A stretch of 64,000 bases of DNA from Candidatus Eiseniibacteriota bacterium (lineage in GTDB: Bacteria > Eisenbacteria > RBG-16-71-46), in NCBI GenBank assembly GCA_963744995.1, contig CAVUWA010000002.1, positions 672,001 to 736,000 on the forward strand, in the 5' to 3' direction. Position 1 is the first letter of the stretch, and the number at the start of each line of letters is the position of its first letter. Below, one piece after another: positions 52,613 through 63,199 of the stretch. The notes under the pieces are model-generated. The model ran no database searches. It had not been told where the DNA came from and was given only the letters and a program-made list of their open reading frames with translations. The position numbers were made by a program, and so were the translations under genes.

Positions 52613-53623
52613 ATGGCACGGAAGCGAATCGGCGTTCTCTACGAGTACTGGTGGGACGAGGACGAGGAGCGGGTAGAGGGCGGCCGGCCGCGCCGGCAGC
52701 CTCCGGAGCCGGACGTCCGGGAGGTCTACGAGGCCCTCAAGAAGCTCGGCCACAAGCCCGTCTATCTGCGGGTGGACGGGACCCGCCAGAGCCTGTCGGA
52801 CCTCGCCCGCACGAAAACCGACCTGATCTTCAACCTGGTCGAAGCGTTCGGCGGCGACGACACCCAGGAGCGTCACCTCGCCGGCTTCCTCGAGATGCTG
52901 AGGCGCCGGTTTACCGGCGCCGGGTCCGACGGCCTGCACATCGCCCAGGACAAGGCCCTCGCCAAGAAGATCTTCGCCTTCCACGGCATCCACACGCCGT
53001 ACTTCGCCACCGTCTACCGCGGCCGATCGCAGGGCGCGATGGACGTGCAATTCCCGGTGATCGTGAAACCCGCACGTGAGGACGGCTCGATCGGCATCCA
53101 CTTCGGCGCCGTGTGCCACTCCATCAAGGACCTGATGGAGCGCATCGACTTCATCCACGCGCAATTCGATTCGCCCGCGCTGATCGAGGAGTACATCGAG
53201 GGCCGCGAGCTGTACGTCGGCGTGCTGGGCAACGACGACCCCGAGGCGCTGCCGGTGGTCGAGATCGACCTGTCGAAGGTGCCCGAGGGCATGCCGAAGA
53301 TCGCCGGCACCGAGGTCAAGTGGGACACGGACTCGGAGATCTACCACGCCACGCCGTCGTTCCTGCCGGACGATCTCGATGATGCACTGGTGACGCGGCT
53401 TCAGGACACCGCCGTGAAGGCCTACCGGGTCTGCCAGGCGCGCGACTACGGGCGCGTGGACTTGAGACTGACGCCGGAAGGCACGGTCCACGTGCTCGAG
53501 GTGAACCCGAATCCCTACCTGCTCTCGACCGCCGAGTTCGCGATGGCGGCGAAGAAGAGCGGGCGGAGCTACGTGGAACTGATCGGGGAGATCGTGGAAG
53601 AGGCGCTGAAGCGGAGGGGGTGA
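52613..53623 (+). CDS. ATP-grasp ligase, D-Ala-D-Ala ligase-like (non-canonical)
   Basis: FNLVE, FTG, DKALAK, VKPAREDGSIGI, EEYIEGREL, YGRVDLR, LEVNPNP. Confidence 0.85.
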   Translation: MARKRIGVLYEYWWDEDEERVEGGRPRRQPPEPDVREVYEALKKLGHKPVYLRVDGTRQSLSDLARTKTDLIFNLVEAFGGDDTQERHLAGFLEMLRRRFTGAGSDGLHIAQDKALAKKIFAFHGIHTPYFATVYRGRSQGAMDVQFPVIVKPAREDGSIGIHFGAVCHSIKDLMERIDFIHAQFDSPALIEEYIEGRELYVGVLGNDDPEALPVVEIDLSKVPEGMPKIAGTEVKWDTDSEIYHATPSFLPDDLDDALVTRLQDTAVKAYRVCQARDYGRVDLRLTPEGTVHVLEVNPNPYLLSTAEFAMAAKKSGRSYVELIGEIVEEALKRRG

Positions 53624-53834
53624 GGTCCCATGGTGGCGTCTTGCCGCCCGCCGCCGCCTGCACTCGAAGGACCGCCGGTGCCACCCCGTCATGCGCGGGC
53701 CGATTCCGACATGAGGCCTTGGTCCCATTGTCTCGATCCGTCGCGCTGCTAGCGTGAGGGCGTGCGCGGATCCCGCGCGTCCGATGCGGCGCGCCGAGAA
53801 TCGCTCCCGCCCCGCGCGCGCGGACAGGAGAACC

Positions 53835-54923
53835 ATGCGCCCGTTCACCCCCGCCCTGGTCCTCGGTCTGGCGGTCGCTCTTCTCGCGGCCAGCCCGCTC
53901 GCCGCCTGCACGTCCTTCTGCCTCGACACGCGCGACGGTCCGTTCTTCGCGACCAATCTCGATCTGAAGCTCGACGAGGGGCTGATCTTCGTGAACCGGC
54001 GCGGGCTCGCGAAAGAGGGCTACCAGCGAGGCACGACCGGCGAGGTGGCCAGGTGGGTTTCCAGATACGGCAGCGTGACCTTCAACCTGGCCGGCCGGGA
54101 GCTGGCGTGGTGCGGCATGAACGAAGCCGGCCTGGTCGTGAGCCAGATGGCCCTCGATGTGTCGGTGCTGCCTGCGCCGGACGAGCGCCCGCCGTTCGAC
54201 AACTCGTCGTGGGTCCAGTACGTGCTCGACACCTGCGGCAGCGTCGAGGATCTCGTCCGGATGGAGCCGCCGCTGCGCTTGAACGACCGGACGCCCTGTC
54301 ACTTCCTGGTCGCGGATGCCGACGGGCGTTGTGCCGCGGTCGAGTACCTGAACGGCCGCATGGTCTGCTACACGGGCGAGCGGGTGCCGGTCAAAGTGAT
54401 GACCAATGTTCCCTACGCCGCCGGGGTGGCATTCCTGGAAAGCGGTGTCGTGCCGGACTTCAATCCCGGCCGTTCGGTGCAGCGCGTCGCGGCCGCCGCG
54501 GCCGAGATCGACGCGTTCGGTGCGGGCCCCGGGGACCTCGCAGTGGATCACGCGCTGCGGGTTCTCACCGAAGTGGTCGTCGCGCGTCGTTCGTTCTGGA
54601 GCGACCTGTTTCACGAGCCGTACACGCGGTGGAGCATCGTGTTCGACATTCCGCGGCGCGAAGTTCACTTCCGGACCGTGGACCATCCCGGGGTGAGGCG
54701 CTTCGCGCTGGACCGCTTCGACCTGTCCTGTGAGGCGCCGGTGCGGATGCTCGACGTGAACGCCGATCTCGAGGGCGCGGTCGAGACGAAGTTCGAACCG
54801 TACGATCACGACGCCAATTTGAAGCTCTTCCGCACGTTCTGCGATCGATGGGGCGTGCGGCTCTCGCGGGAAGCTTCCGCGTCGTTCGTGCGGCTCATGG
54901 AGGGGTTCGAATGCGCGCGGTGA
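53835..54923 (+). CDS. Linear amide C-N hydrolase (Ntn; choloylglycine hydrolase/penicillin V acylase family)
   Basis: Signal peptide followed by the nucleophile CTSF; NLD; GMNEAGL; MTN. Confidence 0.88.
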   Translation: MRPFTPALVLGLAVALLAASPLAACTSFCLDTRDGPFFATNLDLKLDEGLIFVNRRGLAKEGYQRGTTGEVARWVSRYGSVTFNLAGRELAWCGMNEAGLVVSQMALDVSVLPAPDERPPFDNSSWVQYVLDTCGSVEDLVRMEPPLRLNDRTPCHFLVADADGRCAAVEYLNGRMVCYTGERVPVKVMTNVPYAAGVAFLESGVVPDFNPGRSVQRVAAAAAEIDAFGAGPGDLAVDHALRVLTEVVVARRSFWSDLFHEPYTRWSIVFDIPRREVHFRTVDHPGVRRFALDRFDLSCEAPVRMLDVNADLEGAVETKFEPYDHDANLKLFRTFCDRWGVRLSREASASFVRLMEGFECAR

Positions 54924-54965
54924 CGGTTGTGTCGGCCCTCGGGCTCGGCCGGCCGGGCGTCCGGG

Positions 54966-55982
54966 CTATCGGATGCGGACCAGCTTGTGCAGCGAGACCA
55001 CGCCACCGGCACTGAACCCGATCAGGTACACGCCGGGTCGCACGGCCTGGCCCCGCTCGTCGTCTCCGTTCCACTCGAGCGTGTGTGATCCCGCCGGCCA
55101 GAGCCCGCTCGCCAGCGTGCGCACGCGCGCCCCGCGCAGATCGAATACCTCGAGGCGCGTGTCGAGTGGTTCGGCCAGCGTGAATGAAACCGTTGCGCCG
55201 CCACGCGTCGGATTTGGAAACGCCGAGGTGAATGCCGTGCGGCCCGTCTCTACTGCGGGCACGTCCACGTTCGTGTTGCCACTCAATTCTGCGATTTCGG
55301 CGGCATCGAGCACCCGGTCGTAAAAGCGCAGCTCGTCGATCTCGCCGGGGAAGTACAGGCGGTTGAACGTCACATCGCACGGATTGTTCCCGACCCCGAT
55401 CCACGGCATGCCGGTCAGAGTCGTAGGAACCAGCTGGTAGGCCGTTTCGAGCCCGCCGTCGATGTACATCTTCACCGTGTCGTCGACCGTCGAGCGCGTC
55501 ACGATGATGGCGTGGTAGGTGCCGTCATTGATCGACGTGGTGGTCTTCGCGTCATAGGTGATCACTTTCCCGCCGTCGATCATCGCGATGCCGAAGTCGC
55601 CGCCGACCGGGCTTCCGCACACTTCGCCGTCGACCAGACCCAATCCCTGGTACCAGACCTGTCCCGAGGGCGCGATCGCGGTCGTTCGTACCCAGAATGA
55701 CGTCGAGAACGCCGTCGTCCAGAGATTCCCAGGCAGCTCGACGAAGTCGTTGACACCGTCGAGAACGATCGCCTGATCGGCATGGCCGGCCGTGTAGCCG
55801 GGCGTACCGAAGGGTGTGCCGTGGTTGGCATTGCCGCTGGAATCCGCGGCATTGCCCTCGAAACGGTAGAAGGCGACCAGGCCATCGTTGATTCCGGCGG
55901 CGGCCGGAGAGATGAACGCGAGCGCAGCGGACAGGACGGCGGGGGTCAGGGCGGCGACGTTGAAGCACTTTGACCAGGACAT
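54966..55982 (-). CDS. Secreted LamG-like jellyroll protein with C-terminal FlgD-Ig/T9SS-like domain
   Basis: GLVAFYRFEGNAADSSGN; GEIDELRFYDRVL; tail AFPNP...VFDLRGARVRTL...WNGDDERG...PGVYL...KLVRIR. Confidence 0.85.
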   Translation of the reverse strand: MSWSKCFNVAALTPAVLSAALAFISPAAAGINDGLVAFYRFEGNAADSSGNANHGTPFGTPGYTAGHADQAIVLDGVNDFVELPGNLWTTAFSTSFWVRTTAIAPSGQVWYQGLGLVDGEVCGSPVGGDFGIAMIDGGKVITYDAKTTTSINDGTYHAIIVTRSTVDDTVKMYIDGGLETAYQLVPTTLTGMPWIGVGNNPCDVTFNRLYFPGEIDELRFYDRVLDAAEIAELSGNTNVDVPAVETGRTAFTSAFPNPTRGGATVSFTLAEPLDTRLEVFDLRGARVRTLASGLWPAGSHTLEWNGDDERGQAVRPGVYLIGFSAGGVVSLHKLVRIR

Positions 55983-56435
55983 GATGAACGGGCTCCCAGG
56001 CAAGGTGGGCCTCGCTGCTCACGCGCGGCGGCAGCGGAGAGGACAAGAGCCGGCCCGGGCCGGACCTCTTCGATTCTAGGCGCGTGACCGCGTCGCGACA
56101 ATGAATTCGTGGATGATCGAGCTCCATCGGAACCCCAGCATGTCGAGAACGAAAGCACAGATCGACACCTGGGCGCTCGTGAAAGCAGGAGGTACCGGGC
56201 GGCGCAACACGAACGCCGGATTGCGCCGGCCGAGGACGGCTGCAAGGGGCAGGCCTGCGTGCCGATAACGACCGCATGACTTCCCCGCGGAGTTTCGCGC
56301 CCTGGTGCGCTGTCCTCTCGATCACGGCTTCGCCGTGATCTCCTGGCGCGTCCGCTGCGGGCGCCGGCCCGCGACACGCGAGGATCACGGAGGAGAGGGT
56401 GATGCGGGAGGCGCACAGGGTGAGGAGATTGGGCG

Positions 56436-56897
56436 ATGGCTAGTGGTTCGGTTCGGTCGGGAGCAATAGGACTGGCCGCGTTGCTGGGGTTGGTGCCGAC
56501 TGTGATGCAGTCGACGGAAAACCTCGTCTGGCCATCTGGTAATGCTCCTCACGCTTTGACTAGAGCAAGGGTGGCTGTGGAGGTGCCCGCTGACCCGGGG
56601 TCCATTCTTGTTGGCCAGACATTCATCGGCGCGCTGTCCGGCTACGGACTTGTGCAGGGCGGTTGGACGGACTCACCCGACAACGAGGGCCACGCGATAA
56701 GCTGGCGGCTGGCTGGAACGATTGAGCGTGTCGTGGGCGCCCTCGCAAACATGGGGATCTACGGAACGGTGTGGTTCTTGTTGCGCTACAGCCCCGTGGA
56801 GTCTCGCCGACGGAAGATTGCCCGGGCAGGGACGAGTCTGTGGTTGTTGGTCGCGGTGCCTGCCGGCCTGTTCAGCGCATGGTGGATCACCTTGTGA
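56436..56897 (+). CDS. Hypothetical membrane protein (atypical, lower-GC codon usage)
   Basis: GAGGAG RBS; hydrophobic segments; no recognisable family. Confidence 0.5.
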   Translation: MASGSVRSGAIGLAALLGLVPTVMQSTENLVWPSGNAPHALTRARVAVEVPADPGSILVGQTFIGALSGYGLVQGGWTDSPDNEGHAISWRLAGTIERVVGALANMGIYGTVWFLLRYSPVESRRRKIARAGTSLWLLVAVPAGLFSAWWITL

Positions 56898-56913
56898 TTG
56901 GCACCAGGACCGT

Positions 56914-57085
56914 AGCCAGATGCGGTACGCCCTTGCGTGTCAGTGGCTGGACCGCAGCGCAAGTCTGGCCGCGCTGCGGCAGATCCTCGGGCACGCGTCT
57001 ATTGTGACGACGCAGCGCTACGCGAGGATCGCAGATGAGAGGTGATGCGGGAGGCGGAGAGGATCGCGGGAAAGGGGAGGCCAAT
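56914..57085 (+). pseudogene. C-terminal remnant of a tyrosine recombinase/phage integrase
   Basis: QMRYALACQWL...SLAALRQILGHASIVTTQRYARI is a degenerate box II (HxxR...LGH...Y). It continues after a frameshift as VMREAERI. Confidence 0.8.
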
Positions 57086-57412
57086 GAAGTCGCGAAGGGC
57101 CGTCGCCGCGTGCGGTCGTCACGAGGGCCAGCAGCGCCAGCACGCCAGCAGCGGTCAAGAGTCTGATGGCATTCATGTTATCGGCCACGCGCCCAGCCAA
57201 CTGGTGGGATGGAGAGCCCGCGAGGTCCTTCCCGTCCAGTGCCACCAAAGGGCGATAGTGGGGGCCCAGGGGATGTGAGACGGTCACCCAGTCAAGGGTG
57301 AAGCTGATCGTCTGCCGGCAACAGGCAGGAGCGGATGTCCAGAGGATCCGTGGCAGCTTCAGCGTCGCTGGATTCGGAGGCATTGCAAGTGACGTCGCGT
57401 GCAGTGAGGCGC

Positions 57413-58381
57413 ATGGCCGGGCTGACGGGCTGGACATGTCTGGCATTGATGCTGGCGGGATGCAGCGAGCCCACGCACCCACTCGCGTCTCGCACCATCA
57501 CGGATTTCGGCGACGTGTGGGGAACATCGGGAACCGATGTGTATGCCGTTGGCCTGAGCCTCGATCAGGCAGGCTGGCACGGCCTGATCGTGCACTACGA
57601 CGGCCGGGAGTGGAGCCTCGTCGCCAACGGCGCGGCGGACTATTTCACCAGCATGTGGGGCGCCTCGGGAACGGACCAGTTCATCGTCGGGTTCCATCTG
57701 TACGACCATGGCACGATCCTGCATCGCAGCTACGACGGAAGCGACTGGACTGCCGACAGCAGCCCGTGCGCGGCCGAGCTGTTCGGCGTCTGGGGGAGTT
57801 CGGCGAGCGACGTTTTCGCGGTTGGAGACAGCAGGTTGGGCGGGGGCGGCGCGATCCTGCACTACGATGGCAGCAGCTGGACCACCCAAATCGACACAGT
57901 GGCGGCCAGGGCCGTCTGGGGGAGTTCGGCAAACGATGTATTCGCGGTCGGACCAGGCATCCTGCACTACGACGGCAACACATGGAGCACCCAGCTCGGC
58001 AGAACTGCGTATCTCTTCGGGGTGTGGGGGAGTTCCGCGAACGACGTGTTTGCCGTCGGTGGCGGCGGCACGGTTCTGCACAACGACGGCATCAGGTGGA
58101 GCAGCCAGGTCACCGGGACGACGGAGATTCTCGCGGACGTCTGGGGGGCCTCGGGGTCAGACGTATTCGCGGTGGGCTACGGCGGGACGATCCTGCACTA
58201 CGACGGCGCGACATGGAGCAGCCAGGTCAGCGGGACGCAGGAAGATCTTCAGGGCGTCTGGGGAAGCTCACCCGGCGACGTGTACGCCGTCGGGTACGAA
58301 GGGACATTCCTTCACTTCGATGGCAGCAGGTGGAGCGCGGTCAGGTGGCGATCATCCCCGGGTTGGCCTGGCCTTCGCTGA
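57413..58381 (+). CDS. Lipoprotein with seven 'VWGSSxxDVFAVG...ILHYDG..W' repeats (probable beta-propeller)
   Basis: Lipobox LAGC; seven tandem repeats of about 40 aa counted in the translation. Confidence 0.85.
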   Translation: MAGLTGWTCLALMLAGCSEPTHPLASRTITDFGDVWGTSGTDVYAVGLSLDQAGWHGLIVHYDGREWSLVANGAADYFTSMWGASGTDQFIVGFHLYDHGTILHRSYDGSDWTADSSPCAAELFGVWGSSASDVFAVGDSRLGGGGAILHYDGSSWTTQIDTVAARAVWGSSANDVFAVGPGILHYDGNTWSTQLGRTAYLFGVWGSSANDVFAVGGGGTVLHNDGIRWSSQVTGTTEILADVWGASGSDVFAVGYGGTILHYDGATWSSQVSGTQEDLQGVWGSSPGDVYAVGYEGTFLHFDGSRWSAVRWRSSPGWPGLR

Positions 58382-58491
58382 GTCGCGTCGGTTCACACGC
58401 GGGCTTCTGCCGACCCGCGCTGATGCTTTCACCATGATCATCGCGATCAGCCCCGGCACCGCCGCCCCCGTCCAGTAGAGGAGGGACGATC

Positions 58492-59730
58492 ATGAAGCCG
58501 GGAACCGGGGGCGCGGGACGCGGGCGACGATTTGTCGTGAGCGGCGTCGGCCTGCTCTACTTCGTCGCCGCATTCGAGATCCTGATCATGATCAGCCCGT
58601 TCGCGGCATTCTTCTACGCGGTGTTCAATCCGCTGCTGCTCGGGCTCAACGGCTGGGAGGGGACACGCTGGCTGACCGCGTTCTTCCTGCCCCACATGGT
58701 CGTCCCGCCGACACCCGCGCTCATTGCCATCCGGGTCTTGGGATCAGTGCTCTTCCTGGGCGGGAGCGCGCTGTTCCTGATCTGCGCCGTGCAGGTTTAC
58801 CTGGGCAAGCTCCTGCGCTGGCGCGTCGCCACGCACGGTTTCTATGCCTTCGTCCGGCATCCTCAGTACGCCGGGCTGATCCTGGCGGGTCTCGGGCTGA
58901 CCATCCTCTGGCCCCGCTTCCTCACCCTCGAGTTCCTGGCGCTCATGGTGTTCCTCTATTACCTGCTCGCTCGCGATGAGGAACAGCGCATGCTGAGGAT
59001 CCACCCGGAGGCCTACCTCGCCTACCAGCAGCGCACCGGGATGTTCTGGCCGCGGCTCCGAAGTGCGCGGGGTCCGGTGAAGCCACTGACGTCATGGGCC
59101 GCAGTGCTCCTGCTGGTTGCCCTGCTTGGCGGGGCCGCGGCGTTTGGCTTCGGCCTGCGCGCCTACACCGTGGCGCATCTGCCGATGATCAGCGCGGCGG
59201 GCGTTGACGTGCTCCCCATCGTCCCGGGCGACCGGTCCATTGCCGCGGGGCTCGTGGAGGCGGTCGTGAACGATCCCGCCGCGGCCGGCTATCTGAAGCC
59301 GATGACCGCCACGGGGCACGGGCGCATCCTGGCCTACGTGATGCCGGTCGACTACGTGATGCAGGGGATGATCGCGAACACCGGTGAGGAGTGGAAGCTG
59401 TTCCAGCACCATCAGACGTTCCGCATGATCGCGGACTACGTGCTGCACCCCATTCGCCATCTCGAGGGTGGTCACATGCACCACGCCGGGATGCCGCCCA
59501 TGCAGCACGGCCCGGCGATGTATGCCAACCCGACGATGCGCCGACGGATCATCTTCCTGGAGATCCACGGCACGCGAGCCCTGACGGCCCGCGCCGATGA
59601 CTTCGGCATCAACAACCAGCGCCTTCCGCGCTTCTACGCCGACGTGCACCTGCACACGAACGAGGTCCTGCAGGTCCAGGGGACGCCGGCTGGAACCGGA
59701 TGGGGCACCGTGCCCACGCCGATGTTCTAA
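58492..59730 (+). CDS. ICMT/PEMT-family membrane methyltransferase with C-terminal soluble extension
   Basis: THGFYAFVRHPQYAG; EEQRML; YLAYQQRTGMFWP; His/Met-rich segment in the extension. Confidence 0.82.
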   Translation: MKPGTGGAGRGRRFVVSGVGLLYFVAAFEILIMISPFAAFFYAVFNPLLLGLNGWEGTRWLTAFFLPHMVVPPTPALIAIRVLGSVLFLGGSALFLICAVQVYLGKLLRWRVATHGFYAFVRHPQYAGLILAGLGLTILWPRFLTLEFLALMVFLYYLLARDEEQRMLRIHPEAYLAYQQRTGMFWPRLRSARGPVKPLTSWAAVLLLVALLGGAAAFGFGLRAYTVAHLPMISAAGVDVLPIVPGDRSIAAGLVEAVVNDPAAAGYLKPMTATGHGRILAYVMPVDYVMQGMIANTGEEWKLFQHHQTFRMIADYVLHPIRHLEGGHMHHAGMPPMQHGPAMYANPTMRRRIIFLEIHGTRALTARADDFGINNQRLPRFYADVHLHTNEVLQVQGTPAGTGWGTVPTPMF

Positions 59731-59995
59731 GAGAGCGATGAGGTGTCCATGGGCGCGGCGATCGAGCGCTGACACGTCGCAGGGGGGATCGTCGGTCCCA
59801 CCGTCGCTCCACCCGACACTTCTCCCGTCGCCACGAAGCGCACTCCCCTGCACCAACCGGCGCCACGCCGCGCAACTTCATGCGGCTGCGCTTCCTGAAC
59901 GCCACTCTCAGAATCCGACCTCGACGGTACGCCTATTGCGTGTGCGTCTCCGTTTGGCATTCGCAGCGCTGACCTGCACTCCCGAGGGGCAACTC

Positions 59996-62746
59996 ATGAG
60001 ACGAGCCGCACATGCCCTGGCGATCGCTCTCGCGATCGCGACCTCCGCTCCGGCGGCCTTCGCGCAGCCGGATCCGCTCGGCCGCCCCGTGCGAATGTCC
60101 GACATCACCACGCCCGCCCCCGGCGACATCCGCCTCGGCGACCAGCGGATTCCTGTGAACGGCCCGGGCGCCGATATCGCTGCCGGCGACCTCAATGGCG
60201 ACGGCACACCCGACATCGCGACGGTCAGCCCTGACAGCGGCTCGATCACGATCCTCACGAATCGGGACGGAGACCTCAGCGCGCGGAGCGACTTCCCCCT
60301 TGCAGGGAGGCCGCAGGCGATCGCTGCCGCGGACCTCGATGGTGACGGACGCGCCGAACTGCTGGTTGCGCTTGCCGACGCGCAGCGCCTCGTGATCCTC
60401 CGGCTGGACGGTGGTGCGCTCGAGCAGACGGCCTCGCTCCAGACCGGGGCACTTCCCGCGGCCGTCACGACGATTCACCTTGCGCCTCACTCTTCGCCCC
60501 GGAGCGGGCGGGGGGAACTCGGGCTGGTGGTCGCCAACGCGGGCGACCACTCGATCGGTGTGTACGAATATCTGGGGAACGGCGCTTTCACCGAGCCCGT
60601 CTTGTACGCCTCGGGGGGGCAGCCCATCGACGTCATCGCGGCGGACGTCACGGGGGACGGCCGGGAGGACATCGTCGTCGCGAACCATGTCGATGCCACG
60701 ATCGGAGTCCTGCCGGGACTTCCGGATAGCCGCTTCGACGACATGGTGGCCTCCGACGCGGGATACCCACCCTATTCGATCGCCGCCGGCGACCTCGACG
60801 GCGATGGTGATTTGGACCTTGCGGTTGGGACGGAGAGCCAGTTCGTGCTGCTGACGAATGCCGGAAGGGGGCAGTTCATCGAGGCGAGACGCATCCCCTC
60901 TCGCGAAGGTCGGGCGTGGGGTGTGGCGCTGGCCGATCTCGCGGGGGACGGCCGGGTAGCATTACTGGGCACGACCTCCGGGCCATGGGGATACCAGTAC
61001 GAGAGGGAGCTGGTGACCGTGTTCATGGACCCCCTGGATCCACGTGACGAGGGACAGGATTACGCGGTCGGCGTCACGCCCGCGCGCCTGCTCGTGTGCG
61101 ACCTGAATGGCGATGGGGTGCTCGACTTCGCCACCATGAACACAGGACCCCGGTACGATCCGACGATCTCGATCGCCCAGGGCATCGGGGATGGTCGCTT
61201 CTGTGCCATCGCGTACTACCAGACGGAACAGGTGCCTGGTTACAGAGAGCAGGCCGCGTTGGCTTTCGGGTCCCAGCCAATCGACCTCGATGGCGACGGC
61301 TACGAAGATCAGATCACCGGCACGACTACTTATCCCTGGCAAGGCGAGGAGTCCACTTACGAGATCCGCTACGGCGATGGCACGGGTGGCTTCAGTGAGT
61401 CGCGCGAGATGGTAATGCGGCGCTTCTGGATCGCCGCCGATGTGGATGGTGACGGGCTGCCTGATCTCATCCACAACTCCGAGCGCATCCTGTCGAGGGA
61501 CTTTCTGAACGCGGTGCTCATGTATCGACGCAATCTCGGCGGACGTGAGTTCGCCGCACCGGAATCGCTGGGGATCGATCTCTTCTGGTTCGACTTCGTC
61601 ATGAAGGGCGTGGATCTCGATGGTAGGCCCGGTGGCGAGCTGCTGATTGTCAGGTCGCACCCGATTGGACCCGACTCGCTTCGCGTGTTCAAGAATGAGG
61701 CTCCGGGGAAGTACGTGCTGGATGATGCAGCGCAGATGGAATGGGACAACAGCACCGGCCTCGCATGGGAGCACGCCGCGCAGCTCTTCCTGTGTGACGT
61801 CAACGGCGACGGCGTGCGCGATGTCGTCGTGTTTTCGACCACCTACGGGGCCACCGGCTACTTCTGCGTTCTCATCGGCGGGACCGACGGAAGGTTCCAT
61901 CTGACGGACGTGCAGCGTCATGGCGCCGAGCCCTGGTCCATCGCAGTCGGAGACCTGAACGGGGATGGGCGGAGTGACGTCGTCCTGGTCGATTTCGACA
62001 CCAATTGGCCGGGTGCCCTCTACGTCTTTCAGGGGCAACCCGATGGTTCCACGTCCCTGGTCGGCGTGTTCTACCCGGGCAACTACCCGGGGTCGGCCGC
62101 GATCGCCGACTTCGACGGGGACGGCCTGCGGGATCTGGCCGTCTCCATCGGAAATGGCAATTTGGTCGCGCTGTTCCACAACTGCGGCGAGCCTCGAGCG
62201 CCCCTTCGCGTGTTCGCATCCGTGGAAAGAGCCGAAGCGATCGACGGCGTGATCCACGTGGACTGGCAGCTCTCCTCGCCGGCGCCGATCGTGATCGAGC
62301 GCACGGAACGCGGCAATCACTGGGAGCGACTGGATGCGACCCCGCAGGTCGCGGGCACCTCCGTGTCGCTGCGCGACAGTTCCACCGCGTCGCCGGGACG
62401 CCTGGGTTACCGGTTGCGATCGCCTGTGCCGGCCGTGGTCATCGAGGGTGGCGAAGCGTGGGTGAATCCCATGCGCCGCGGCGGCCTGCAGATCCACCAC
62501 GCCGAGTCGTTGCAGCAGGGCTCGGTTCTCGCCCTGGATGTCTCGCTGGAGTCCGCCGCGCCGCTGCGAATCGAGCTGTTCGACGTGCTCGGCCGCCGCG
62601 TGATGGAGCGGCGCGTGACCGGGGCGGTCGCGGGGAGGCAACGACTGGAGCTTGGCGCGTCACTGCCCAGAGTGAACGGTACGTACTGGATACGGGTCAC
62701 TGCGGGTCGCGAGGCAGCTGTGTCGAGAGTGCTGGTGGTCCGGTAG
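59996..62746 (+). CDS. Secreted FG-GAP/VCBS repeat protein with C-terminal T9SS/FlgD-like tail
   Basis: Signal peptide; about 12 D(L/V)xGDG..D repeats; tail IELFDVLGRRV...GTYWIRV...RVLVVR. Confidence 0.88.
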   Translation: MRRAAHALAIALAIATSAPAAFAQPDPLGRPVRMSDITTPAPGDIRLGDQRIPVNGPGADIAAGDLNGDGTPDIATVSPDSGSITILTNRDGDLSARSDFPLAGRPQAIAAADLDGDGRAELLVALADAQRLVILRLDGGALEQTASLQTGALPAAVTTIHLAPHSSPRSGRGELGLVVANAGDHSIGVYEYLGNGAFTEPVLYASGGQPIDVIAADVTGDGREDIVVANHVDATIGVLPGLPDSRFDDMVASDAGYPPYSIAAGDLDGDGDLDLAVGTESQFVLLTNAGRGQFIEARRIPSREGRAWGVALADLAGDGRVALLGTTSGPWGYQYERELVTVFMDPLDPRDEGQDYAVGVTPARLLVCDLNGDGVLDFATMNTGPRYDPTISIAQGIGDGRFCAIAYYQTEQVPGYREQAALAFGSQPIDLDGDGYEDQITGTTTYPWQGEESTYEIRYGDGTGGFSESREMVMRRFWIAADVDGDGLPDLIHNSERILSRDFLNAVLMYRRNLGGREFAAPESLGIDLFWFDFVMKGVDLDGRPGGELLIVRSHPIGPDSLRVFKNEAPGKYVLDDAAQMEWDNSTGLAWEHAAQLFLCDVNGDGVRDVVVFSTTYGATGYFCVLIGGTDGRFHLTDVQRHGAEPWSIAVGDLNGDGRSDVVLVDFDTNWPGALYVFQGQPDGSTSLVGVFYPGNYPGSAAIADFDGDGLRDLAVSIGNGNLVALFHNCGEPRAPLRVFASVERAEAIDGVIHVDWQLSSPAPIVIERTERGNHWERLDATPQVAGTSVSLRDSSTASPGRLGYRLRSPVPAVVIEGGEAWVNPMRRGGLQIHHAESLQQGSVLALDVSLESAAPLRIELFDVLGRRVMERRVTGAVAGRQRLELGASLPRVNGTYWIRVTAGREAAVSRVLVVR

Positions 62747-62887
62747 GCCCATCGGCGCGCCCGGGCCCGGGCGCGACTGCGAGGTCGGGAAGGAACCACG
62801 TCAGGATCGAGCAGGCTTTCAAATCGCCCCGGGGCAGCCTCGTGTAGCGAGGCCCCGGGTCACGCTGTTGTTGGGATTGGTGGTCTC

Positions 62888-63172
62888 GTGAGGCCACCTT
62901 GGCTCGGCTCGCGCTCTGTCTTCACCGTGATCGCGCTTTTCTCTTGCCTGGGTTCCGAGGCGCGGGCGACGCATTGGCACGTTGATTCGTCCGGCACCGG
63001 GGATTTCGCGACCATTCAGGCAGCGCTTGAGGCGGGAGGGCGGGATTCCGTGCTGGTCCAGCCCGGGCTGCGTCGACCGAAGTCCACTACCCGACTGACG
63101 ACATCTGGCCAGATAGTTGCGACGGATGTCCGGGGCATAGACTTGTTCCGGCCAGAGAGGCACCCAAGCTGA
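62888..63172 (+). pseudogene. Truncated N-terminus of a secreted parallel-beta-helix/pectinesterase-like protein
   Basis: Signal peptide, then WHVDSSGTGDFATIQAALE...DSVLVQPG, after which similarity is lost and a stop follows at 94 aa. Confidence 0.6.
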
Positions 63173-63199
63173 AGCAGATCCTTAGATCGGAGGCTGTTC

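Noticed and set aside
57520..58340. Repeated DNA units (GTCTGGGGGAGTTCGGC...) as a possible CRISPR or DGR repeat
   Set aside because: They are in-frame, degenerate coding repeats of a beta-propeller protein. No cas or reverse transcriptase gene is nearby.
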